Positions 28,261 through 38,737 of a DNA stretch of 64,000 nucleotides are shown here, one piece after another. Made by a program: the position numbers and the translations under genes. The DNA is taken from assembly GCA_045546275.1 (NCBI GenBank), contig JAZQCM010000001.1, forward strand, positions 256,142 to 320,141. Reading direction: 5' to 3'. Position 1 is the first letter of the stretch; each line of letters begins with the position of its first letter. The DNA comes from Clostridia bacterium. GTDB lineage: Bacteria > Bacillota > Clostridia > UMGS1883. The notes beneath the pieces were generated by a model that saw only the letters and a program-made list of their open reading frames with translations, was not told the origin of the DNA and did no database searches.

Positions 28261-30908
28261 CACTTATTTCCTCCAGTCTGGCTAATTACAAGGTCATCTA
28301 CCATAGCAAGTGCATCGTCAACCTTACTAACAAGCTTACCGCCACCCTGTGCCATGTCGGGTTTACCGCCACCACGACCGTCAGTTACCTTTGTGATTTC
28401 ACGGATAATGTTACCTGCATGAACGCCCATTGCTACAGCTTTCTTTGTTGCAGCGGCAACAAAAGTAATCTTATCTGCGTCAACGCTTGCCAATACAGCA
28501 ACACCACATTCGCACTTTTCCTTCATCTTATCTGTAAGCATCTTAAGCTCGTCAGCACTTACTCCGTTAAGCTGTGCTGTAAGAACATCAACCTCACCAA
28601 CGTGCTTAATGCTTGTAAGAAGGTCGTTTGCAGCAGCCGCTGCCATCTTAGCCTTAACTTCTTCAATAGACTTCTGGAGTGCTTTGTATTCGTTCATAAG
28701 ACTTTCAGCCTTGTTTACAAGCTCTGTCTTATTTGTTTTAATGATTTCAGCAGTCTTTTCAATAACAGCATCGCTTTCTTCAATGTATTCAAGAACGCCT
28801 TTACCTGTTGTCGCTTCAATTCTTCTTACGCCTGCCGCTACACCGCCTTCAGACAAAATCTTGAAGAGACCTGCCTGTGCAGTATTCTTAAGGTGTGTAC
28901 CACCACAGAATTCAATAGAGTAACCGCCCATGTTTACAACACGTACAGTTTCACCATACTTTTCGCCAAAGAGCGCCATTGCACCCATTTTCTTTGCTTC
29001 TTCAATGGGCATTACCTTAACATCAATATCGTATGCTGCCATAATAGCTTCGTTTACCTTAGCTTCAACCTTCTTAAGGTCGCTCTGAGAAATACCCTCA
29101 AAGTGTGTAAAGTCGAAACGAAGTCTCTTATCGTCAACAAAGCTACCTGCCTGTTCAATATGGCTGCCTACAACTTCCTGCAATGCCTTCTGTAAAAGGT
29201 GTGTTGCAGAGTGGTTTCTTGCAGTATCCATTCTTCTTTCCTTGTCGTATGCACTTACAACGCTATCTCCAACAGAAGCACTGCCTTCTTCAACGCAAAC
29301 AAAGTTAAGGATTTTGCCGTCACCAAGCTTTTTAGCATCGGTTACAACCATTTTAACACCGTCAGCAGTGATAACACCTGTATCACCCTTCTGACCGCCG
29401 CTTTCGCCGTAAATTGCAGTTTTGTCAAGAATTACAACACCATTTTCACCATCGGAAAGGGACTGTGCAATAGCATTGTCCTTAACAATTGCAAGGATTT
29501 TACCTTCAGCAGATTCATTGTCGTAACCAACAAATTCGCTTGTTACATTCTTTCCAATCTGCATGTAAACGTCTTCGCTCCAGGCAGCCTCTTCACCAAC
29601 GTTTCTGCCTTCACGAGAACGATTTTTCTGTTCATTCATGCACTCTGTAAATGCATCCATGTCAACGTCAAGACCACGTTCTGTAAGAATTTCAGCAGTT
29701 AAGTCGATGGGGAAACCGTATGTATCGTAAAGACGGAACGCATCGCTGCCTGCAAGAAGCTTTTCATTCTTCTTCTCAAGCTCTGCAATATATTCTTCCA
29801 GAATTGTGAGACCTGCGTCAATTGTTTCGGAGAATCTTGCTTCTTCGATCTGGATAACCTTTTTAATATAGTCACGCTTAGCTTCAAGCTGAGGATAAGC
29901 GTTCTTGGATTCGTTAATTACTGTGTCTGCAATATTATAAAGGAAGTTGCCTTCAATACCAAGAAGTCTGCCATGTCTTGCAGCTCTTCTTAAAAGTCTT
30001 CTCAAAACGTAGCCACGGCCTTCGTTAGAGGGACCAACGCCGTCACAAACAAGGAAGGTTGTGCTTCTGATGTGGTCTGTTATAACACGAAGAGAAACGT
30101 CACTCTTTTCGTTTTCACCGTAGTTAACCTTTGCAATCTTGCTGATTTCAAGCATGATATTTCTTACGGTGTCAACTTCAAAGAGGTTCTGTACTCCCTG
30201 CATGATTGCCGCAATTCGCTCTAAACCCATACCCGTATCAATGTTGGGCTTTGCAAGGCGGTTGTAGTTACCTTCTTCGTCCTTGTCGAACTGTGTGAAT
30301 ACAAGATTCCAGAATTCAACAAATCTGTCACAGTCGCAACCAACCGCACAGTCGGGCTTACCGCAACCTGCTTCTACACCACGGTCAAAGTAAATTTCAC
30401 TACAAGGACCGCAGGGACCAGTACCGATTTCCCAGAAGTTATCTTCCTTGCCCATTTTCTTAATTCTGTCACGTTCAACGCCAACTTCATTTACCCAGAT
30501 ATCAATAGCTTCGTCGTCGTCTTCATAAACAGTAACCCAAAGCTTATCCTTGGGAAGCTTTAAATCTTCTGTGATAAATTCCCATGCCCAACGAGTTGCT
30601 TCATGCTTGAAGTAATCACCAAAAGAGAAGTTACCGAGCATTTCAAAGAATGTACCATGTCTTGCAGTTTTACCAACACGTTCAATGTCGGGTGTTCTGA
30701 TACACTTCTGACATGTTGTAACACGATTTCTGGGAGGGATTTCCTTTCCTACAAAGTAAGGCTTTAAGGGAGCCATACCTGCATTTATAAGTAATAAGCT
30801 GTCATCGTTCTGAGGAACAAGAGGGAACGAAGGCAGTCTGAGATGACCCTTAGACTCAAAAAAGCTAAGATATCTTTCTCTGATTTCATTTAAACCAAGT
30901 CTTTCCAC
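28260..30908 (-). CDS. alaS: Alanine--tRNA ligase
   Basis: HGTFFEMLGNFSFGDYFK, IDTGMGLER, NHSATH, CGGTH, GGGKPDMAQGG. Confidence 0.99.
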   Translation of the reverse strand: MERLGLNEIRERYLSFFESKGHLRLPSFPLVPQNDDSLLLINAGMAPLKPYFVGKEIPPRNRVTTCQKCIRTPDIERVGKTARHGTFFEMLGNFSFGDYFKHEATRWAWEFITEDLKLPKDKLWVTVYEDDDEAIDIWVNEVGVERDRIKKMGKEDNFWEIGTGPCGPCSEIYFDRGVEAGCGKPDCAVGCDCDRFVEFWNLVFTQFDKDEEGNYNRLAKPNIDTGMGLERIAAIMQGVQNLFEVDTVRNIMLEISKIAKVNYGENEKSDVSLRVITDHIRSTTFLVCDGVGPSNEGRGYVLRRLLRRAARHGRLLGIEGNFLYNIADTVINESKNAYPQLEAKRDYIKKVIQIEEARFSETIDAGLTILEEYIAELEKKNEKLLAGSDAFRLYDTYGFPIDLTAEILTERGLDVDMDAFTECMNEQKNRSREGRNVGEEAAWSEDVYMQIGKNVTSEFVGYDNESAEGKILAIVKDNAIAQSLSDGENGVVILDKTAIYGESGGQKGDTGVITADGVKMVVTDAKKLGDGKILNFVCVEEGSASVGDSVVSAYDKERRMDTARNHSATHLLQKALQEVVGSHIEQAGSFVDDKRLRFDFTHFEGISQSDLKKVEAKVNEAIMAAYDIDVKVMPIEEAKKMGAMALFGEKYGETVRVVNMGGYSIEFCGGTHLKNTAQAGLFKILSEGGVAAGVRRIEATTGKGVLEYIEESDAVIEKTAEIIKTNKTELVNKAESLMNEYKALQKSIEEVKAKMAAAAANDLLTSIKHVGEVDVLTAQLNGVSADELKMLTDKMKEKCECGVAVLASVDADKITFVAAATKKAVAMGVHAGNIIREITKVTDGRGGGKPDMAQGGGKLVSKVDDALAMVDDLVISQTGGNK

Positions 30909-30962
30909 TGTGTTTCACTCCTTTGTAATCTTTACCATTATACTTGCCTTGTTGTGTTTTTG

Positions 30963-31220
30963 TCAAGCGTTATATTCATTGTATGCAGCTCTCACTGCCT
31001 TTGCAAGCTGGTCAGAGCAACTTGTAGACTTCATGCCACAGGTGAGATTTGAAAAATAGCCCTCAATCTGAGAAACTGTCATGCCGTCAACCACACGTGC
31101 AATAGCCTTTAAATTACCGTTACAACCGCCTAAAAAATTGACATTTGTTACAACATCTCCATCAATGTCAAAGTTTATCTGAACGGCACATGTGCCTTTT
31201 GTTCTGTATGTATAATTCAT
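30963..31220 (-). CDS. TIGR03905-type TSCPD-domain small protein
   Basis: TKGTC, FLGGCNGNL, CG...TSCSDQLA (four Cys). Confidence 0.85.
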   Translation of the reverse strand: MNYTYRTKGTCAVQINFDIDGDVVTNVNFLGGCNGNLKAIARVVDGMTVSQIEGYFSNLTCGMKSTSCSDQLAKAVRAAYNEYNA

Positions 31221-31300
31221 CAATTCATCCCCTTCCTTATAAAATAAGGACATAACAGATAAATTATACACTAAAATTTCTCTACAATCAAGGTTTTTTA

Positions 31301-32248
31301 TTAAATTATTGACTGAAATAATCTCTCAAAGAGCTTCTTTATTACAGATGCAATGGGAACTGACAAAAGTATTCCCCAAAATCCGCCAAAGGAGCCAACA
31401 TATAACACCATAACAACAATTGCAGGATGAAGATTCATTGTGTCAAAGGACACTTTTGGGGTTATAATATGGTTTTCGATTTGTTGGATTAGCAAAAGGC
31501 CTATTACAACAAAAATTGTCATTTCGGGCACAGTGAAAACTGTAATGCAAATAATCACAAGCATTGCAATAAATGCTCCTGCATAAGGAATAATGTCTAA
31601 AATTCCCGAAATTACACCAAGTCCAAGCGCATAAGGAATTCTTAAGGTGTATAAGAAAATTGCAACCAGCACACACAAAATTACAGCAACCACAATCTGC
31701 CCTTTAAAGAACGAGTCTGTTATTGCTTTTATATCGTCAAGAATAATTCTGAAGGATGGTTTAAGCTTTTCGGGGATAATTTCATTTAAAGTTTTCTTTA
31801 TTCCGTCTGTATCTTTCAAAATGTAAAAAGCCATTGCTGCTCCAACAATGCCGCCCAACGACGATTGGACTATGCTTCTTGCCGTTGTGTACATTGCGCT
31901 GAAAGATTTTGACACAAAGCTTTCTGATATCGTAAATCCATTTGCTGACAAAAAGTCTGATACAAGAATGTAAATATTTTCAAGAGCATCTTTTGCGCTT
32001 GGATAAATAATAACTATAACCAGGCAGAAAAAAAGTAACACCATCACTCCCACTAAAAAAGTTGACAAGCTGCCCGAAAAACCTTTTTTCTTCATGAAGC
32101 TTACGAAGGGATACAGTATATAAATAATAACAATTGCTGTAAAAAGTGGAGAAAAAACAGCTCTTAACGGTGAAAATATTCCAATCAATAGAAAAAGTGT
32201 TAAAACGAAAAAAAATATTACAGATGCAAATAAGCTTTTGTCCTTCAT
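31301..32248 (-). CDS. AI-2E family transporter (YrrI-like)
   Basis: Polytopic; GQIVVA, IIPYAG, QQIEN...P, LHP, GILLSVP. Confidence 0.9.
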   Translation of the reverse strand: MKDKSLFASVIFFFVLTLFLLIGIFSPLRAVFSPLFTAIVIIYILYPFVSFMKKKGFSGSLSTFLVGVMVLLFFCLVIVIIYPSAKDALENIYILVSDFLSANGFTISESFVSKSFSAMYTTARSIVQSSLGGIVGAAMAFYILKDTDGIKKTLNEIIPEKLKPSFRIILDDIKAITDSFFKGQIVVAVILCVLVAIFLYTLRIPYALGLGVISGILDIIPYAGAFIAMLVIICITVFTVPEMTIFVVIGLLLIQQIENHIITPKVSFDTMNLHPAIVVMVLYVGSFGGFWGILLSVPIASVIKKLFERLFQSII

Positions 32249-32283
32249 TTTTCCTCCCATATGTAAGGGGCTATGCCCCTTTT

Positions 32284-32463
32284 TTAATGTCTCATTTCTG
32301 CAACAGAGTCAACGATGTTTCCAACAGAATGGATAATTGTTCCTGCACCACGTTTAATTTTCTTCATATCTTTGTCCTTCATCGGATCCATCAGAATACC
32401 CATTGCTCCGCCAATAACAGCACCTGTCAATAGTCCTGTTGTAAAACCTTTAGTGCAAAACAT
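32284..32463 (-). CDS. Small YtxH-like membrane protein
   Basis: FTTGLLTGAVIGGAMG hydrophobic N-terminus with a basic/amphipathic tail. Confidence 0.6.
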   Translation of the reverse strand: MFCTKGFTTGLLTGAVIGGAMGILMDPMKDKDMKKIKRGAGTIIHSVGNIVDSVAEMRH

Positions 32464-32476
32464 CACTACACCCCAA

Positions 32477-32989
32477 CTAAAAGAGATTTTTCCTGCGAGC
32501 AACGCACTCCACAAGCTTTTCCTCCAAAATTAGTTTTCCTTTGGAAAAGCTGATTGTATTTCGGGTTCGGCATATCTTACGTCCTTTTAAAAGGTCCTCA
32601 GCTAAAGAAAAACCAATTTCAAAACCACTTAAGGTGCCCGTTTTTAAATCAAGATTTATATTCTGAATTATTCCTGCATCTGTCCCGTCGGTTAAAATTG
32701 TTTTTCTTTTATAAATATCATTTTCACAGCTTTGAAAGTCCTCTCGGGGAATAATTTTCACAAATCGTTCCCCGAAACCATTCACAAATATACAGGTTGC
32801 ATTTGTATTTGCAATGTCAACCAAATTAAACAATCTGTATTTATAAACAAGTGAATCGTTTTTTGAAATGATACCCAAAATTTCGTTTGTTCCTTTTTTA
32901 ACGAGTATGTCCGAAAGCCTTCCGAAGTATTTGTGAGTTTTTTCTTCGCAAATCTTCTTCCCTTTCAGCCTTAAAAAGCTTTCGTCCAT
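32477..32989 (-). CDS. PRC-barrel domain protein (YrrD-like)
   Basis: Two G.L.DI / G.IQNI.LD..TG repeats; SLAEDLLKGR; upstream of AI-2E and alaS as in Bacillus. Confidence 0.7.
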   Translation of the reverse strand: MDESFLRLKGKKICEEKTHKYFGRLSDILVKKGTNEILGIISKNDSLVYKYRLFNLVDIANTNATCIFVNGFGERFVKIIPREDFQSCENDIYKRKTILTDGTDAGIIQNINLDLKTGTLSGFEIGFSLAEDLLKGRKICRTRNTISFSKGKLILEEKLVECVARRKNLF

Positions 32990-33093
32990 TTCCTTGCCCC
33001 CAATACAGTATTAATATCTGCAAAACAATGGCTATAAATACATGCAAAAAAATACGGTAGCACCCAATTTCAGGCACTACCGAATTTTTTTTA

Positions 33094-34563
33094 CTATTTA
33101 AAATACTCAATTGCTTTTTCAAGCTGAACGTCTGTTTCAACACTGAAGTCGTACACAATATCGTTGATTGCAACCAAAGTATAAACATCTGGCTGACCTG
33201 TTATTTCAAGATTGCGTACAGACTGAATATAGCGAAGAGCCTCGGCTGTTTCTTCGTCAAAAACTTCATCGGGCTCTGTTTCCATGCAGCCTAAAGCATG
33301 AAGTCTTTGCTCCATGGCAAGAATATGCTTGCCGGCGGATGTGTCCATTGCTTTTTCAAGTCCTACAGGCTCAAATTCATTTTCGTTAACAGTTGTATAC
33401 ACGTTCTCAACCAAAACATCGGGTGTAACGCCAACTTCGTGAATTCTACTATCGTTAGGAGAATGGAATTCTGCAACGGTAAACTTAATTCCTGCACCTG
33501 TGTGAAGCCTTTGAACAGACTGCATGCTACCCTTGCCATAGGTTTTTGTTCCCATAACAACACCTGCTTTTCTGTCCTTAACAGCCCCTGAAAAGAGCTC
33601 GGATGCAGAAGCACTGTTTTCGTTTACAAGAAGCACTAAATTGTAGGGGTTTTCTTTCAAACCATTTGTTATTGTTACATCCTCATTCATTTCAGGGTTC
33701 TTATACTTAAATTTGGCAATAACACCTTCGGGAATAAAATGCTCCGCAAGGCTGATTGCCGCATTAAGTTCGCCACCGCCGTTGTTTCTGATGTCAAGAA
33801 TAACATTCTTTATTCCTTTTTCGTCAAATTCTTTTAAAATGGGAGAAACAAAAGTGTCAAGGTTAGCTGTAAAATCAGAAATATAAATATAACCAATTTT
33901 ACCATCTTCAAGGATTTTATAGGATGTGGGATTCTGGTTAACTTCGTCACAATAACAGCTGATATTCATTTCCTGTCCGTTACGTTTAACACCAATTACA
34001 ACTTCCTTGCCCTTTTCACGCTTAATAAGTGTTGCAACATCTGCAACGCTCATGCCGGCAATGCTTTTTCCGTCAACAGATATAATGGTATCATAAAGCT
34101 TAATGCCTGCCTTTTCTGCGGGAGACGCGGGAAATACTCCCATAACTATAATGTGGTCTCCGGAAAGGGTTATTTGTACACCTATTCCGTAAAATTCACC
34201 TGTAATGTTGTTGTACACGGTTTCATATCTTTCGGGAGGATAATATTCGCTATATTCGTCCTTCAAAAGTCCCATCATGTGTTCAACAGCATTGTTGAAA
34301 TCAAAATAACCGTTATCAATGGTGTTGCAGAGAGCTCTGTAGAGTAGATCCTCATCAGTTACTCCGTAATAATAGAAATCTGCCAATCTTAAGCACACAG
34401 CAGCAAGATTATTTTTTAAAATTTGCGACTCTATAGCTGACGGCTTTTCTATTGTCTGTACATTTTCTTCAAGCTGAACTTCCTCTGCTATTACGCAAAC
34501 TGTGCATGACAGTAAGGTAAGAACAGCCAGAAATACAGACAAAATTCTTTTATACATTTTCAT
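33094..34563 (-). CDS. ctpA: Carboxyl-terminal processing protease (S41, PDZ, peptidoglycan-binding-like tail)
   Basis: Signal peptide; FYGIGV, SPAEKAG, LDIRNNGGG, SASASE, TYGKG. Confidence 0.9.
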   Translation of the reverse strand: MKMYKRILSVFLAVLTLLSCTVCVIAEEVQLEENVQTIEKPSAIESQILKNNLAAVCLRLADFYYYGVTDEDLLYRALCNTIDNGYFDFNNAVEHMMGLLKDEYSEYYPPERYETVYNNITGEFYGIGVQITLSGDHIIVMGVFPASPAEKAGIKLYDTIISVDGKSIAGMSVADVATLIKREKGKEVVIGVKRNGQEMNISCYCDEVNQNPTSYKILEDGKIGYIYISDFTANLDTFVSPILKEFDEKGIKNVILDIRNNGGGELNAAISLAEHFIPEGVIAKFKYKNPEMNEDVTITNGLKENPYNLVLLVNENSASASELFSGAVKDRKAGVVMGTKTYGKGSMQSVQRLHTGAGIKFTVAEFHSPNDSRIHEVGVTPDVLVENVYTTVNENEFEPVGLEKAMDTSAGKHILAMEQRLHALGCMETEPDEVFDEETAEALRYIQSVRNLEITGQPDVYTLVAINDIVYDFSVETDVQLEKAIEYFK

Positions 34564-34584
34564 AGCAATTCCTCTTTAAATTAA

Positions 34585-36261
34585 TTACATCTGTTCAGGT
34601 GCGGAAACGCCCAAAATTCCAAGAACTATTCTTATAACAATTCTTGTAGCATCGCAAAGCTTAAGACGCGCTTCTCTTACCTTTAAATCATCATCCTTAA
34701 CTCTGCAAGCAGAATAGAAAGAATGGAAACAAGCCGACAGGTCCATGAGATATCTTGTCAAATGGCTGGGTTCAAAGTTTACGGCTGCGTTTGTAATTTC
34801 CTCAGGAAGCTCGCTGAGCTTTCTCATAAGCTCATACTCTTCCTCCGCCTTAAGAACATTACAGTCAATGTCCTTAACGGAAGGCACTTTAGCCCCTTCA
34901 CTTTCAAGAAGACGGATAATGGAACAAATTCTTGCATGTGCATACTGAACGTAAAATACAGGGTTTTCACTGCTCTGTTCAACCGCAAGATCAAGATCAA
35001 AGTCCATATGACTGCCTGCCGCACGCATGTTGAAGAAAAATCTTGCAGGGTCAATACCAATATCGTCAATAAGGTCAGAAAGAGTTATCATCTTACCTGT
35101 TCTCTTGCTCATTCTTACAACCTCATTGTTACTCATGAGTCTGACAAGCTGAATTGTAAGCACCATAAGCTTATCAGAGTCAATGCCACAAGCTTCCAAT
35201 GCACCTTTCATTCTTGCAATGTGACCGTGGTGGTCAGCACCCCATATGTTAATGCAAAGGTCAAATCCTCTCTCTTCAATTTTGTTCTTGTGATACGCAA
35301 TATCTGCTGCAAAATATGTGGGGATACCATTTTGTCTTACAAGAACATCATCCTTATCGGAGCCAAAATCAGTGCTCTTAAGCCAGATTGCACCGTCAAG
35401 TTCATATGCTTTGCCGTTTTCAAGAAGCTTCTTAACAGTATCCATAACCTGGTTTGTTTCGTGAAGCACGCTTTCACGGAACCACACATCATAATTGATT
35501 CTGTATCTTGAAAGAGTTTCCTTAAGGGAGTCAATGTTAAGCTCAAGAGCATATTCGATAAGCTTTCTGCGTCTTTCACCGCTTTCTAAATTCAAAAGAG
35601 AATCGCCGTAAAGGTCAATATAATTTTGTGCATGAACTCTGATATCATCGCCCTGATACCAGTCTTCGGAAAATTCGATTGCATCCTCACCTTTAAGTAT
35701 CTGGATGTATCGTCCCTCTAAGCTGTTACCGAACTTTTCAATCTGAGCACCTGCATCGTTAATATAGAATTCTCTTGTTACATCCCAGCCTGCCTTGTGA
35801 AGAACATTTGCCAATGTGTCGCCCAATGCACCGCCACGTGCATTACCCATATGCATAGGACCTGTGGGGTTTGCGCTGACAAATTCAATCATTACCTTTT
35901 TGTTTTCGCCAACGTTCACATTGCCGTAGTCCTCACCCATTTCTTCGATTTCGGTAAGAACATTATATATATAGGACTTATCTAAGGTAAAATTGATAAA
36001 TCCGGGACCTGCAAGTTCAACCTTTTCTGCCTTTAAAGCATCCTTGTCAATATTATCAACGATAGCCTGCGCAATTTCTCTGGGGTTTTTCTTAAGCGCC
36101 TTTGCCAAAAGCATTGCCGCATTTACCGCAAAGTCACCGTGAGATTTTTCACGAGGCTCTTCGACTGAAAAAACAGGGATTTCACATTCGCCAAATGCTT
36201 TTACAATAGCTTCCTTTACTTTATCGCTGATTTCATTTTTCTTCTTAAGTAATGTGTACAT
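34585..36261 (-). CDS. argS: Arginine--tRNA ligase
   Basis: SANPTGPMHMG, GADHHG, MSKRTG, YVQYAHAR, SAPEQM. Confidence 0.98.
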   Translation of the reverse strand: MYTLLKKKNEISDKVKEAIVKAFGECEIPVFSVEEPREKSHGDFAVNAAMLLAKALKKNPREIAQAIVDNIDKDALKAEKVELAGPGFINFTLDKSYIYNVLTEIEEMGEDYGNVNVGENKKVMIEFVSANPTGPMHMGNARGGALGDTLANVLHKAGWDVTREFYINDAGAQIEKFGNSLEGRYIQILKGEDAIEFSEDWYQGDDIRVHAQNYIDLYGDSLLNLESGERRRKLIEYALELNIDSLKETLSRYRINYDVWFRESVLHETNQVMDTVKKLLENGKAYELDGAIWLKSTDFGSDKDDVLVRQNGIPTYFAADIAYHKNKIEERGFDLCINIWGADHHGHIARMKGALEACGIDSDKLMVLTIQLVRLMSNNEVVRMSKRTGKMITLSDLIDDIGIDPARFFFNMRAAGSHMDFDLDLAVEQSSENPVFYVQYAHARICSIIRLLESEGAKVPSVKDIDCNVLKAEEEYELMRKLSELPEEITNAAVNFEPSHLTRYLMDLSACFHSFYSACRVKDDDLKVREARLKLCDATRIVIRIVLGILGVSAPEQM

Positions 36262-36276
36262 ATGGTATTTTCCTTT

Positions 36277-36705
36277 CTATTGTGCGATCTCTTTATGTAT
36301 GTTAATTTCCAAATGATTTTCAACCACCGATGCATTGTTAATGTCAAGAACATATTCAATGGCAATAACCCCGCCATTTTCAGCGACCTCACTCTTTAAG
36401 CGGTTTGTTATTATGCCTATGGTAAAACTGCCCACCGGAGTTTCGTAATGACTTGTGTGCTTTTTTCCGCACTCAAAAATCATTTGTGTGTTAACCCCGC
36501 CCGTGCGGGTCATAGTTATTAAATCCTTATCGATTTTTATAAGGGATGACGCCTCACAGCCGTCATCAGAAAGAGCTTCTTTATATTTTAACAAATACTT
36601 TCCGTTGCGATAGCTCATTTCACCTTCGGTAACAAGCTCTGTAGTATCCTTTTGCCCTTCAATAAAGGTTGTTCCCTTAACAGAAACGTATACCTTTTCA
36701 CTCAT
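36277..36705 (-). CDS. DUF1934 (YwiB-like) protein
   Basis: YETPVG motif, beta-rich, upstream of argS as in Bacillus. Confidence 0.85.
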   Translation of the reverse strand: MSEKVYVSVKGTTFIEGQKDTTELVTEGEMSYRNGKYLLKYKEALSDDGCEASSLIKIDKDLITMTRTGGVNTQMIFECGKKHTSHYETPVGSFTIGIITNRLKSEVAENGGVIAIEYVLDINNASVVENHLEINIHKEIAQ

Positions 36706-36740
36706 ATATTCACCCTCTGACTGTTATATACACAAAATGC

Positions 36741-36769
36741 ATTATAACAGCACAAAAACAAATTTTCAA
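36741..36769 (-). promoter_or_regulatory. Sigma-A promoter of DUF1934-argS
   Basis: TTGAAA-17-TATAAT with TG before the -10. Confidence 0.7.
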
Positions 36770-36793
36770 CAGTAAATAATTTCTTTTATAAAA

Positions 36794-37201
36794 TTACTGG
36801 TTTTTGGGATTAATAAAGTTTCTCCAGTCCAAATCACCTCGTTCCAATCCCTGGATAAGAACTTCCGCAGTAGCAGAGTTTGTTGCGATAGGAACATTAT
36901 GCACATCACAAAGTGACATAAGATTACTTACATCGGGTTCGTAACGTCTTGCAGTAACAGGGTCACGGAAACAAAGCACAAGGTCAATTTCCTCGTAAGC
37001 AATTCTTGCTGTAATCTGCTGAACGCCACCCTGAGCACCTGCAAGAAGCTTTTCAACCTGCAGTCCTGTTACTTCGGCAATAAGACTACCTGTTGTTCTT
37101 GTTGCGCAAAGGTGATGTTTTGCAAAAATACTCTTATACGCAAGACAAAACTGAACCATTAATTCTTTCTTTTTATCATGGGCAATTAGTGCGATATGCA
37201 T
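36794..37201 (-). CDS. mgsA: Methylglyoxal synthase-like protein with substituted catalytic residues
   Basis: [28 protein letters not shown]. Confidence 0.85.
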   Translation of the reverse strand: MHIALIAHDKKKELMVQFCLAYKSIFAKHHLCATRTTGSLIAEVTGLQVEKLLAGAQGGVQQITARIAYEEIDLVLCFRDPVTARRYEPDVSNLMSLCDVHNVPIATNSATAEVLIQGLERGDLDWRNFINPKNQ

Positions 37202-37268
37202 TTTTCTCTCTCCTTTTCTTTATCTGCCTTAAAAGACTATTTAAGGTCAAGTATATATTTAAAGATTT

Positions 37269-38060
37269 TTATCCCTTTATTGCTTCAAAAATCCTTACAA
37301 AAACGTTCTTCTTTTCACTAAGATTAATTAAGGGAACCTCTTCGCCTGTAACTCTTTTTGCAATGTTTCTGTATGCCTTACCTGCCACTGACTTAGGGTC
37401 TGTAACACAAGGCGTGCCTGTGTTTGCCGCAACAATAATACTCTCGTCGTCAGGCACAGCACCAATAAGATCAACCGCAAGAATATCCAGCATATCTTCC
37501 AATGAAAGCATGTCCCCTCTTTCAATCATTCTTTGACGAATCCTGTTCACAACAAGGTTTATGTTTTCAATGCCATGCTTTTCCAAAAGTCCTATTATTC
37601 TGTCCGCATCTCTTATTGAAGCAACCTCAGGCACCGCAACAACAATTGCCCTGTCTGCACCTGCAACAGCATTTTCAAAGCCTTGCTCAATACCTGCCGG
37701 GCAGTCTATTAATATGTAGTCATATTCTTCTTTTAATTTACGGAGAAGGTTCTTCATTTGCAAGGGTGTTATTGCACTTTTGTCCTTTGCTTGTGCCGCA
37801 GGAATAACAAAAAGACCCTCAAAGCGTTTGTCACGGATTGTAGCTTTTTTAAAATCGCACACACCTTCACAAACGTCCACAATGTCGTAAACTATTCTGT
37901 TCTCAAGACCTAATACAACATCAAGATTTCTCAAGCCAATATCAGTGTCAACTAAAAGGACCTTTTTTTGCATAAGTGCCAACGCTGCACCTAAATTGGC
38001 AGAAAGCGTTGTTTTACCAACACCGCCTTTGCCGCTTGTTATTACTATTGCTTCACCCAT
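37269..38060 (-). CDS. minD: Septum site-determining ATPase MinD
   Basis: SGKGGVGKTT, DIGLRNLD, DCPAGIE, RDADR, C-terminal amphipathic helix. Confidence 0.97.
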   Translation of the reverse strand: MGEAIVITSGKGGVGKTTLSANLGAALALMQKKVLLVDTDIGLRNLDVVLGLENRIVYDIVDVCEGVCDFKKATIRDKRFEGLFVIPAAQAKDKSAITPLQMKNLLRKLKEEYDYILIDCPAGIEQGFENAVAGADRAIVVAVPEVASIRDADRIIGLLEKHGIENINLVVNRIRQRMIERGDMLSLEDMLDILAVDLIGAVPDDESIIVAANTGTPCVTDPKSVAGKAYRNIAKRVTGEEVPLINLSEKKNVFVRIFEAIKG

Positions 38061-38128
38061 AAACATGTCTCCTTTTTTAGCGGTTTTACACATTTTACCA
38101 CTTTTTCGCATAAAGGTCTATAAAATCT

Positions 38129-38731
38129 TTACATCATTTTTACTGTAATTACACCATTTTCAACTTTTGCCATACAGTTTTCTACAGCGTTCTTCATTCC
38201 GTCTGCATATCCTGCAACTGAGGCAATCCTCAACATTTCAGGCTTCATGTTTTTTGCATAAATAACGGCTTCAGCATTTCCGTCACAGCCTGCGTGTGCA
38301 GAGCCTTTTAAAGTACCCATTACAAAAATGTCACCTTTTGCAACAAGCATTGCTGTGGGATTTACATCACCTAAAACCATAATATCACCATTTGATTTTA
38401 TACACTCGCCTGCACGGACAATTCCGTACACCTTTTTTAAAAAGACCTCACCGTTGGCAGTTATATGCCTTAATACTGATTGAGGTGCTTTTGTTTTATA
38501 GCAAAAATCCACATTTTTTCCGAAAGCCCGGTCAACTATTTCACAAAGCTTTAGCTCCTCCTCATAAGACAAGCTGTTCAAATCATAGCCAACCTTTATT
38601 TCTCCGTTTTTCAAAAAGCCTTTCATACCCATAAGGTAATCTTTCAACTCATCCGACTGCTCATAAAAGCCTCGAGTTTTATCAAGCTTAATTAAGAGCA
38701 TGTCTTTTTCAAGTTTTAAGGAAACCTTCAT
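38129..38731 (-). CDS. minC: Septum site-determining protein MinC
   Basis: VRAGE...GDVNP...A.GDI.V.G.L.G.AHAG beta-helix. Confidence 0.88.
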   Translation of the reverse strand: MKVSLKLEKDMLLIKLDKTRGFYEQSDELKDYLMGMKGFLKNGEIKVGYDLNSLSYEEELKLCEIVDRAFGKNVDFCYKTKAPQSVLRHITANGEVFLKKVYGIVRAGECIKSNGDIMVLGDVNPTAMLVAKGDIFVMGTLKGSAHAGCDGNAEAVIYAKNMKPEMLRIASVAGYADGMKNAVENCMAKVENGVITVKMM

Positions 38732-38737
38732 TTGTTA

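Noticed and set aside
28419-29702. Long antisense ORFs in alaS (similar ones at 34723-35511 in argS and 43288-43971 over maf)
   Set aside because: They overlap well-supported core genes on the other strand and have shadow-like composition.
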